A stretch of DNA of 64,000 nt from Rhodosorus marinus CCMP1338 (lineage: Eukaryota > Plantae > Rhodophyta). The position numbers and the translations under genes are program-made. Positions within the stretch are counted from its first letter, which is position 1; every line of letters starts with the position of its first letter. The stretch is taken from assembly GCA_029953675.1 (NCBI GenBank), contig JAMWBK010000004.1:1798001-1862000 (forward strand), written 5' to 3'. Below the pieces are notes generated by a model. It saw only the letters and a list, made by a program, of their open reading frames with translations, had not been told where the DNA came from and did no database searches. Positions 12,801 to 23,718 of this stretch are shown one piece after another.

Positions 12801-14458
12801 AGAGGAGAAATTGCGTTCCTGGATGGAAAAGTGAGCTACTCACATCGACAATTTGTTGAACTCGTATGGCGGAGGATTTGCTGAAACTTCCCACTTCCAC
12901 ATTCTAGGTTTGGTCGGCGGAAGGGGCAGCGAAGAATGAAACTCGGCTGGTGGTCGAAGACGCTTCAACCATGCTGCCTTCTTCCGACGCACGGAAGGAA
13001 ACGGGCTTGGCAAGAAAGAGAGCCCCATCGTTGTCCAACCTGAAGGTTTTGTCATTGGACCAGGAAGAGGTATGGGAAGACCTGAAGCGCAACCTACGGA
13101 CCCGTTTCTCACGTATTCTTTTTATTTTCAGGCAATGAACCAGTCCATGGACGGAGCCGAAGAGCAGGCATCATTGCTTGCAGCGGGAAGCATCGATAGT
13201 AAGCGTCCGCTTCTGCACATGTCGAAGGTCTCGGACCGTGCAAAACCAGCCTCCACATCGCTCATGAGGCGTCCTTCGGATCGCACCGGAACTTTGAGCT
13301 GGGTTGGTCGCGATATTTTGAGCATCAAGGACTTCAATCGGGATGAGCTGCACATATTGTTTAATTGCGCATATGAGATGAGACAAATCGTTAGCCGAAT
13401 GGGCCAATACGATATCCTGAAAGGGAAAGTATTGGCAAACCTCTTCTATGAGCCAAGCACACGCACTTCGTGCTCATTCGAGGCAGCTATGACTCGGCTT
13501 GGTGGTTCGACGATTTCAGTTCGGGAGGCTTCCACGTCCTCGGCGGCCAAGGGTACGTGTCCAGTGATATTCCACCTGCTTGGCATGTGAACTATTGAAA
13601 CAAGCCGGAAGGCGATTGTTAGATCCTACGTCCTTAGTCGTGGCTATTCGTGGACTTCGAGTATCTAACCTTGGATTTGACACTCGTATATGGTCTTCAG
13701 GTGAGAGCCTCGAAGATACTGTAAGGACCATGGAAAGCTATTGTGACATAACCGTATTGCGGTATCCAGTGGCTGGAGAAGTACAGGTACAGTGCCGAAA
13801 AGAAAAAGCAGCCAAGATCGCCCTTGCCGGGATATCTAATCGATCTAGTGTACTTTTTTAACTTCCCTTTCGCCAGAGAGCTGCTTCTTTTGCTCGGAAA
13901 CCAATGATCAACGCCGGAGACGGCGTTGGAGAGCATCCCACTCAAGCCCTTCTAGACGTTTTCACAATCCGAGAGGAACTAGGAACAGTTAACGGAATAA
14001 CTGTTGCCTTTGTTGGAGATCTGGCGAATGGTCGCACAGTCCATTCCTTGGCTAAACTGCTCAGTTTCTACAGCGTCAAACTGCGCTATGTAAGTCCGAA
14101 ATCACTGTCCATGCCCTCAGAGGTTTTGGACGAAGTGGCGAGCAGAGGAGTTGATCAGAGCGAACATACCGAGCTTGAATCGGTGGTTCGCGACTGTGAC
14201 GTCCTATACGTCACACGTGTTCAGAAGGAGAGGTTCGCAGACATGGAGGAATACGAGCGTTTGAAGCTCCAGTACTGCATCACTCCAAAGACTCTGATTA
14301 AGGTTAAGGATACTGCGATCCTCATGCACCCTTTACCTCGGGTTGGAGAAATATCATCAGAGTGTGACTCCGACCCGCGTTCAGTCTACTTTAGACAGAT
14401 GGAATATGGAATGTACATCCGAATGGCGCTGCTTGCGATGCTTTTAGGGAAGGTTTAG
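6897..14458 (+). CDS. URA2: Multifunctional pyrimidine synthesis protein: GATase + carbamoyl-phosphate synthetase + inactive dihydroorotase-like domain + aspartate transcarbamylase (CAD/URA2 type), more than 10 introns
   Basis: Start [24 protein letters not shown]...[17 protein letters not shown]. GATase motifs FGICLGHQ and [10 protein letters not shown]; CPS motifs [22 protein letters not shown] and [17 protein letters not shown]; DHO-like stretch [12 protein letters not shown]...CDYVL...IHIRQV...VTCDV; ATC motifs [53 protein letters not shown]. Confidence 0.96.
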
Positions 14459-14804
14459 AGGGCGAAGCAAAATGGAGTCTGCGATTTTCGAATAGCTGAA
14501 GTCTTCTCAAGACGTCAAGCGGATTCGGAACTAAGTGAGCAACAAAAACTGGACGGTGTGTACTATAGTCCAACTGCCGATTCCCCTGAGCGGGACGCTG
14601 TCGACAAAAGAAATATGATTAATAGCCGCGAGTCCACTACCTTTAGCTAATGTCACAACAGTCTAAAGAGAAAAACGATTGCCTCGCGCAGTGTATTTGC
14701 TGAAATGCCAACGGATTGGGTATCAGTGTACATGTAGGACCAAGGAACATCTACAATTCTTCGAAAGCACCTAGGATCCACGCCTCCTCGTCTAGATCTG
14801 ACGC

Positions 14805-16233
14805 TCAGTCAGCGAGTGCGCCGCCACAACTGGAACCGGTTCCCGCCGTACATGCGTAGCAATGCTTGGCCGTTCTAATGCGCATGTTGTTCAAATCGCT
14901 CCACTTCTCTACGTCAAATACAGTCATTCCTTTGGGTAGGAACTCGGGTCTCTCCTCGCTGCTCTGGCCCGCTGGCATTCGAACTGAACAGATCAACGAC
15001 AGGAAGTACAGTGCGGGAGTCAGCAACGCTTTTCGGTTCTCCGCATGTAGTAGACAAAAAACATGTACCACAGAGCGACTTTGTCAGGAGCGATGCGTAC
15101 CAGGCATCTCAAGTGCGTAGTTAAAATCGCAATCATAAAGCTGTCCATCCCATGCGACATGGATCTGGTCCACACACATGACTTTGTCCACCGTGCTGGG
15201 GTTGAACTTGCTCAACAATAAGTGGAGGTACTCCTCGAGTTTGTCACTTCTCCTAAGGTCGTCGGCAAACCTCTTAATAGGCATGTTAGCGATCGTGATG
15301 AGACTAGTGAACTGGATCCCGAACGCTCTCTTCAATTCTCGTCGATAGTCTTCCTCCAATCGCGCTTGCGCGGGTGGTAGGAATGCACCTCCCGGGTTGT
15401 AAACAAGATCAAGCTCCAAACCGGAACCAGGAAGGCCGTATCCTGGATGAACAGAGGAGACATGTTTAAGAGTTGAGCTCGATGGGGTGGGAGACGCATC
15501 GAGCTAGAAGCACATGTCGAACCTAGCGAGTTGAGCTGTTGTAGCCCAGCGATGCTGGAATCAAAGACTCCATCTCCGCGTTGAGCTTCAACGTTGTCAG
15601 CGGTGTAGCACGGAAGGGAAGCCACAACTTTGACTTCGTTCTCTGCCAAGAAGTTGGCTGCGTCCGGTATCTGTTCAAGTATAGTCAGGTTGCAGCGATC
15701 AATAATTTTAAGTCCCAGTTCTCTGAACTTCAGCACTAACGGGCGAAACTGTTCGTGCATTTCGGGGGCACCACCCGTTATGTCTACCGTGCTTATGTCG
15801 TTTTCAGACTGAGTTAGTTTGACAAGCCGATCCGCTACGATTCTCGGCATCGTCTCCTTGCTCGATGGACTGGACTCCACATGGCAATGTGAACATGCCT
15901 GGGTTCAAACGTAGGCGTTCCAGATTTTTGGTTAGAAAAAATGTGGAATTTCATCCCACAAACCCGCAAGAGCGAGTTTACACCTACCTGATTGCAAGTA
16001 AGCCCTATGTTAATCTGCAACGTTGAAACTCGGTTCCTGTTCAACTGTCCCAGTTCGAGGTCACGCAACGTTTTATCAAAAGACGGAACCCTCACATGTG
16101 AAATATCACGTCTCGCCTTCTTCTTCTCCTCCAACGCCTGCTTCCGCTCTGTCCTCTCACTTGCCACATTCGTCCTCACCGCTCCACCCCTCCTCGGGAC
16201 ACAACTCAATCCACTTACGAAACCTACCATCAT
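14805..16233 (-). CDS. arsS: ArsS-family (arsenosugar biosynthesis) radical SAM/Cys-rich protein with a probable plastid transit peptide, 4 exons
   Basis: LQINIGLTCNQ/ACSHCHVESSP gives CX3CX2C across an intron. Also VDITGGAPEM, IDRCNLT, VVASLPCYTADNVEAQRGDGVF, LDLVYNPGGAFLPP, LITIANMPIKRF, VMCVDQIHVAWDGQLYDCDFN and the C-terminal HCYACTAGTGSSCGGAL signature. The N-terminus MMVGFVSGLSCVPRRGGAVR resembles a transit peptide. Confidence 0.88.
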
Positions 16234-17683
16234 CTCTCCTCACCCATTCAACCACCTTACAATACAAAATTTCAGCCTTTTAAACCTCACCACTTCCCCC
16301 TCTTCCCACCGCAACCCACGCTTCCACACTCTTTATCTATATGATCACAATTCCACAAATGCCATTTCTCCTTCCCATTCCGCCCAAAATTTTCCCCTTC
16401 GTCAATATCCAAAAACTTCAAGGGTTGCGCGCAGCACCAACGAGTAGAACTCCATTTTTTGTGGCACTCTCTGCACAGAAGTTTACACTTTGCGACACTC
16501 TTTCACATTTTTCTACACTTTTTTATATTATGTCGAAAGCCGAGATATCCTAGAATACTTCTTTTATGGAAAGAAGTTAACCATAATATTCCAAAAGCCT
16601 TCACAGAACAGATAAGATATGCCCTCTCCGTAGATCTAGATGCTTTTTTTTTCTGAGCTTTTTTCTAAGAAAATGTCCAACAATGGAACTGATCAATTCG
16701 ACCGATGGAGGAGATAGATTTGGAGACAATCTGTACCATGACCCTGGTAACGACTGTGAGGAGCGTTGATGAGTGAGCTTGGTACTGATTGGATGTAGAT
16801 GGTTTGCTGTTGGAGATGGTGTCTGTTTTCTGAACCGTGAGTAGAGCGGTTAGAGACTAACCGCACCGTCTCCCGCTAGCAAGTACTTCCCGAATGAACT
16901 AAATATGCACCTGCCTGGCAAAATTCCAAGTGAGAACGGAAAGTGACTGACGCCTCTGTGCTACGCTTGAGTAGCAGGGTACAGAGGCGTGACTTTCCGC
17001 TCTCGCTAGATTTGCAGGCAGGTGGATATTTTGTGTCTGAATGAGGATTTCTCTACGCTCCCAACGTCTATTTAATGCCGTAAAGAGAATTCCATCTCTC
17101 CTCTGCCAGCTGCCTCATTACACATCCCATCGGCTCTATCAGTTACTCCCGATCGCTGGAAATATCATTTCATCTAATTATTAACCCAAATTAACATTTA
17201 TTCTTCGCCCTATATTCATGTCATTGGTTAACCTACCAATACAAAACAAAACTTTTCGCTGACAACGTTCAAAAAATTATAAATTACTTTACACACGCCG
17301 TGACCTTCTTTTTTTTTAACGCACAGGCACCAGATTTTATCAACTAAAATATTTTATTTCACAGTAAACCATATTATTTCGTATAAATGAATTAATTGAA
17401 AAAGTATAATATAAATTATTTGTTGTTTTAATCTTTATTTTCCTTGACATGTATATTTATTATTTTACACATATATATCCAAAAAATTGAAATTTGTTTA
17501 CAGGTCGGCGGTAAAAATCGCGTTTAGGAATTGTCTTGGAGAACTCCGTTCGTTTGGATGGGATTGACGTGGGTTGGTCTGAGTCGATCGGGCGATGGTT
17601 GCGGGCTTCATTGATGGCTGTCCTAATGACAGATGATATTAATGGAAACCCTCCGTATGGATCTAAGCATTTGATAACAAGCA

Positions 17684-19780
17684 ATGATTGTAGATAACGG
17701 GATCTGTTTCCTAGGCTCTGTCGATCTGGGATGGCCCCGCCGTCGCAGTGGCTCGATCCGGATGAGCACGAGGTCGGACGCAGCGGAGGAAGTGGTCGTT
17801 ATTGGATCGGGTCTTGGTGGACTTTGTGCTGGTGCTATGTTGGCTCAGTATGGCAAGAAAGTTTTGATTCTTGAAGCTCACTACGAGGCTGGTGGGGTTG
17901 CCCATGGGTACGTATCATTTGGGTGAAATTGTCGCGGTGGCCAACGGAGTGGTCGGGAGAATGATGTTTGTTGAATTGAAGAGGACGGAATTTTTATGTC
18001 TTGACAGGTTCACAAAGGATGGCTACAAGTTTGATACAGGGCCGTCTTTTTACTGCGGCCTAACGGATCGAGGTAGCCTCAACCCGCTGAAGATGGTACT
18101 TGACTCCGTCGGGGAGCAGGTCCCAAGCGTCGCGTACGATGAATTTCAGTTCCATTTTCCGGGCGAAACCCTTTCTATTTATGACAACAACCGCAGATAC
18201 GCTCAAGCCGTTCGATCGATCTCTCCGAAAGGAGCTGCCCAGCTCGAGCGGTTCACCAATCGCATGGTTCAAATGTACGATGCGTTGAAGAAGATACCTA
18301 CAATAGCCCTCACCGCGAACCCCTGGGCCTTCCCGAAGCTTTTCCTGCTGGTGAGAACCTATTCCGTTAAGATCTTTTTTTCCAGCACACTTCCACGAAG
18401 CCTAGATGTCTGAAAACACAGCCCTGTCGTCACTGTCATCGAAGAACGGACTTGCCTTTGCAGGCCTGGCACCCTTTGCTTCTTCACTACAAGCACCGGT
18501 TTCAAAGATTCTTGACGAAGAAGGCGTTACTGATGCATTCGTTCGAAGGCTTATCGATATCGAATGTTTCCTCCTCTCCGGCCTGAAAGCCGATGGAACG
18601 ATCACTGCAGAAGTGGCGTTCATGGTCGGTGAAAGAGATAAGAGCATCATGGAATATCCGATCGGTGGAGCAACAGCAATCGTAGATGCGTTGGTTCGAG
18701 GTACGGTGGGATCGCAAGACGCCTTTAACGCCCATTGTTTCAGTCTTAGATCCGCTAGAACGTCATTGAGAGCCGTTAGTTAGACGAACGTGAGGCTTTT
18801 GGTAATCGTGGGAACTCTCTGGCCGTCGTAGAGTGTCCTTGAGAGTAGCGACGCTTGTAAAACTGCTATGGAGACTGAACATGCGATCGCTTCATGTCGT
18901 GCTAGGGATTGAGAAGCACGGAGGAGAGGTCAGGTTGAGGAGTAGAGTGAAGGACATAAATGTATCCCGAGGGAGGGTTACAGGGGTGACGACCGCAGAC
19001 GGCAAGGTCGTTAGTGCGGGAACAGTGATATCGAATGCGACTGTCTGGGATACTTTCAGCAAGCTTCTTCCTGAGGGCGCTGTTCCTAGGAGCTATAAGT
19101 CGAGGCAGCTCGCGACTCCTCCGGTGGAGAGTTTCATGCATCTTCACGTGGGGTTCTCTTCAAGTGGACTAGATGATCTGATCGGACACCATGTAGTGAG
19201 TTTCGAGTGCGAGGATATTGCCCAACCTGGAAAGACTTGTATGATTTCAATACCGTCTGTCTGGGATCCAGCCCTGGCGCCAGAGGGTCAACATCTGGCT
19301 CATGTATATACATTGGAGAGCTCGGATGGCTGGAAGAGGGACAAGGGTTATAAAGAAAAGAAGAAAGACAAAGCAGCACCTTTGTATGCCGCGTTGGAAC
19401 GCGTCATACCGGATCTGCGGGACCGCATCAATGTCGATCTGATTGGTACTCCACTGACTCACGAGACGTTCACGAGGAGATACAAGGTGAGACCCAGGGT
19501 TGGAAAGCAATCCAGTATTTGAGGAAAGACTAGAAGAACTTGATATTGAACCGGCGGGATCTTTGTGCCGTCCGAGTAGGGCTCATATGGACCGGCGATT
19601 GTCGCTGGCAAAGGAATGTTTCCAGGTCCCGGGACACCGGTGAAAGGACTGTATCGTGTTGGGGACTCTGTTTTACCAGGAATTGGAGTTCCCGCTGTCG
19701 CTGCGTCCGGAATCATATGTGCAAATACCCTGGTCGATTATAGACTGACCGAATCGCTGATGAGGAAATTGTATTCATAG
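17684..19780 (+). CDS. FAD-dependent oxidoreductase of the carotenoid isomerase (CRTISO/CrtH)-like / phytoene desaturase superfamily, probably plastid-targeted, multi-exon
   Basis: Dinucleotide-binding motif [39 protein letters not shown]; [14 protein letters not shown]; [16 protein letters not shown]; SFMHLHVG; GTPLTHETF; last exon [49 protein letters not shown], stop TAG at 19778-19780. Confidence 0.88.
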
Positions 19781-20396
19781 TTGAGAAAACATTACCTCGC
19801 AGGTGCAATGGGCGTCTTCTCGCACCCGCGCCTCTGGGTTAGCTGGGGAGTTGAAGTTGGTAAGGAACAAAAATTGGATTATGCTTAGCCATGCATTGCA
19901 GCCGCTTCTTGCTTATGTAGTTGTTCGATCTTGCACCTGCTAGAGCCCATGTTGATGTGTTTGTCAGTCACCTCTGTGGGTATTTATCGGGATGGACTTC
20001 CCGTTGTGTGCTAGAGTAGCATTGACGGCATTTATAGAGTCATTTTGCACTCGTATTTTAACCCATCGGTGACGAAATGCTAAAATGTCGCTACAACCAT
20101 TGTTCTCCTTTTCCCCAGGAAGCAACCGCTCAGCGGACCTTGGAAGTTATGATTAGCGGCAGCTCGCCACAGCAATAGGGAAAGTGGCCGATTCCCATGA
20201 TCCTGCTAGGATCTTGCTTATCAAAATGTATGGTCTTCGTGTAGAGTAGAATATGTCAGAGCTTTAATTAAATAGAAATTTATCATCCTCAATGACTAGA
20301 CACAAGCTTAAGTCGGTCGAGCTGTTCAGGGCTTAGCCTAGGTTTTCCGTAGATTTTTTGTTCCATTAGTTGTAGTCGCGCGCGCGCCTTCCTGCA

Positions 20397-23300
20397 CTAC
20401 CACTTTCCCGTTTCCTTGCGTTTCTTCTTTTCTTGCTGTTTCCACGTGGATTCCTGTTTTTCGAGGAAAGCCATCACTTCCCTCGCCTTCTTGGCACGTT
20501 TCGCGTCCTCAACGTCCTCCTTGGCAAGTCTCTCCCTAGCCACAAATGAGGCATCCTTCCGAAGCTCCCGTGCTGCGCCCCTCTCCTCTTTACGCAGCTG
20601 TCTCTTCAAGCTCTTGACCTGCAATTTTACGAGCGTCCCTTTAATAGTAATCGAATGCAAGGATTGATTCTCGATGAATGCTCAGTACCTTCTCTTTGTA
20701 TTCAGCATTGCTCCTGCCACTCCTCGGACCGAATCGAGGATTTAGTGCTTTTGGAGCGGTTACAGGCTTCTCATAAAGAGCAAGAGGGGAACGACCCTGC
20801 TCTGCGTTCTCCACAACTTCACGCAATTCGTTCAGGCATTCAGACGCACTCTCGAAGATATGATTCTGCTTGTCGTCTGATGGCCTACACACATCAAGCA
20901 ACGTCCAGTACCAGGAACCTAGATGAGCTACTCTGCCTAATGACATGCGTTGTGAAATTTGTCGACTGTTACCTTTCTGAAACCAGCAATTCGAGAACAG
21001 AAATGAAAGGCCCGAAGGCTGCTGAAATTGCGTTGTTTCCAGAGTTCGCAGTCGCCCGAGAGCAAGTGAGCGCCGAGCCCAGGGCCTTCTGAAAAGCAAC
21101 CATTCGCCAATCCGTATCGTCCGCACTAGCGTTTGTGATACCGGGTATCGAGATCGACAACCCCTCTCGGGGTAGCTTCCATGGCTTGCGCGATTGCAGC
21201 AGACCGTCTCTGTGTGAAGGGAGCAGATACTCCCGGAATCGGATGCTCGATGACTCTCCCACGAAAACTCCAGCGGATGCAGCGATAGACGAGCAGAATC
21301 TGAGCAACTCGCCACTGATCCTGCCGCCTGCGCTCAGCGCTCCGGCGAATAGGTCGATCGCAAAGCAGCTCAGGCATAGGTCTCTGAACGATAGCACAAA
21401 CATTGAGTATTGCTTTCAGAAGGGCAACTCGGTTGACGCTGGACATGTCAAACGGTAGCGCTATGCTTGTCATACCTTTGAGTCCTGATGCTCCCAAACG
21501 AGATGACGTTCGCCAGGAGCAAGACAGCAGGAGTCGTAACAGGATGTCTAAGATCGCTGAGCGGGAATAACCGGGCAAGTATGCGCAAGATAATGAGTCC
21601 ACCTTCCCCAACACTACTGAACTCGGGTCCAAGTTCAATCAAACGCTCCTGAATCATCTCGAGTTTGCCTTTCGCCCACTCAATGCTTGTCTCAGGGAAG
21701 ATTACCGAGAGCTCATAGACGCACGGAAGAAGCTCACCAATCTGAACAGATTGATTTGAAATGATGTCATTAGCCAAACACGCTTTCACGGCGTCTTGTT
21801 GATTGCTTAACGTCCATTACCTCCGTCCAATACGGTGTCGACGATTCGGCAATTCGATCAAATCTGCCGAGGAGCGCGCTCAACAAGCCCGCGAGGAGCG
21901 GTCTATTCACGCTTGGGTTTAACGGGAGTGCAAAACTCTTCAACAGTCTTTTAACAATCACTCCTCTCTGCCTGCTGCTACGTCCTCTGAAGAGCTTCAG
22001 AAGGTGCTTGTTTGTTGACGGGCATTGGCTGTTCATGGCACAAGATGTGGGTGCGAGCTATTTCAGAAACCATGGCAAATTGAACGGGGTTTAGAAAGAC
22101 TGACTTACCCGAACGTGAACGGAATAGAATCATCACCCTCGTCCGCCTTGGCGTCAGTTTCTTCATACTCAAACTCGTCCTCACCCTCACTCTCATCGCT
22201 GTCCTCAGAGCTGACGGCCTGTTCCATGCGGGTTTTCGATCGGACTCAGAGACCCGGAATGCCCGTGAACTGTTCGTTTGTGGTTCAAGATATTAATTAC
22301 CTCCTCAAATCGAACTCCTTTCTTCGAAGCCTCATGTCCAGCGCCGTGATCGCCACCAACATCCGGATCCTCGCTGTCTGATTCTTCTGCGGATTCGCCA
22401 TCTGTTTCATCGCTTCGATTTCCGACAAAATCGTCCTCAAGGTCATCCCCTCCTCTCCTGTGGCCACTCAGATGTGTGAGCAGCAGCCCTATGGCCCAAG
22501 ACTGATCCATTCATTTCCAGCTCACCTGGCTGACTGAGAAATGTTCTTCGATTCGTCAGGTTCGCCCTCAGATTCTTCCGCGTCCTCATCCCATGTTCCT
22601 TTCATACGCCTCAGACGTGTTGCTTCCAGTGCATCCAGGCGCTCTTTCTCTTCTTTGGCCAACTACAGCACGTGACCACATCCTTTTGGTGAGCCTTGAA
22701 ATCAAATGAAGAAAACAAAACAAAAACGGCAAGCTCGAAAGCCCGGACGGTGGCCCCTCACCTCTTCCGGCGTCTTCAATCTGTCAGTCGCAATCGCCCG
22801 CTTTTCAGTCGCAAGCTCCGCGAACATTTGATCGTACTCCTTATCCGCGGCGCTCTGCTCAGCTGCATTCCGAGGCCTTCCCTTCTGAAGCCCCGGAAGA
22901 ATGTCTCCCAGCGCAGCATCCAGTTTGTCCGTCTTCGCCTCCATCTCCAGCTTGTCCTTGGCGCGTTCATCACGGTACATTTTACTCTTTGCAATGATCT
23001 CAGCCATGACCTCGGCATGGGTTTTTGGTCTGCCATCTTCTCCTGTTAAAAAGAACCAAAAAAAGCCACGGGACAAACGAATAGACATTAGGAGAGGTCT
23101 TTCTTGCCATCACGTCCCGTGGATTTGTCGACTTCCAGTTTCTTTCGCGATTGAACGTCGCTCGAGCTGGGTATCTGGAGTTTCTGTTTTGTTGGCAAGA
23201 TTCGGACCTGTTTCCGCCGGCGCTTTCTCGACAAGTCCGCCTCCAAAATTCAGCATCTCAACTCCTTCCGCAGATGTTAGTCCAGTGTTACGATCGTCTG

Positions 23301-23718
23301 CATCCTGCTCTTCGTCTTCCCCCGACTCGTTGAGTTGGTCGTCTGAAAATTCGTCAATGGCTGTACCGCCGTGAGTAAGTATGTCAAGTTCGTCATCGAC
23401 GTCTTCAAGGTTAAAGTTTGCCCTATTTTTGGTCCGCTTTGAGTGCTGTTGTCTAAGCCTAGCAATCAGCTTATCCTCTTCAGTAAGATTCTCGCTCTTT
23501 TCTCCTATCCGTTCATCCCGAAATTCGCCCCTTTTCGTTCGATTGTCCATTTCGACCCCCAGCGTTCGTCGTCTGACTTTCTCAGACTGGGACCTCCTCT
23601 GAACTGCTCCATTCCGAGCTCCAGTGTTCTTCTTATCTTTTCCTCTCGCTCGAAACTCGAACAAGCTCTCATCTTTGGACCCAAGGACCTTCTTCCGAAT
23701 CCTCGATTTAGTCTTCAT
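20397..23718 (-). CDS. NOP14: Nucleolar protein 14 (SSU processome component), multi-exon
   Basis: RRRTLGVEMDNRTKRGEFRDERIGEK...LTEEDK, LTHGGTAI, KTHAEVMAEIIAKSKMYRDER, acidic D/E tracts, PLALYEKPVTAPKALNPRF, and C-terminal KLKRQLRKEERGAARELRKDASFVARER. Confidence 0.9.

Noticed and set aside
6897-14458. Apparent frameshifts or separate carA, carB and pyrB ORFs
   Set aside because: The breaks I examined coincide with GT-AG introns; this is one spliced fusion gene, not an operon or pseudogene.
14805-14860. Possible selenocysteine in the ArsS C-terminal motif
   Set aside because: The codon is TGT (Cys), and the TGA follows ALAD as a normal stop.
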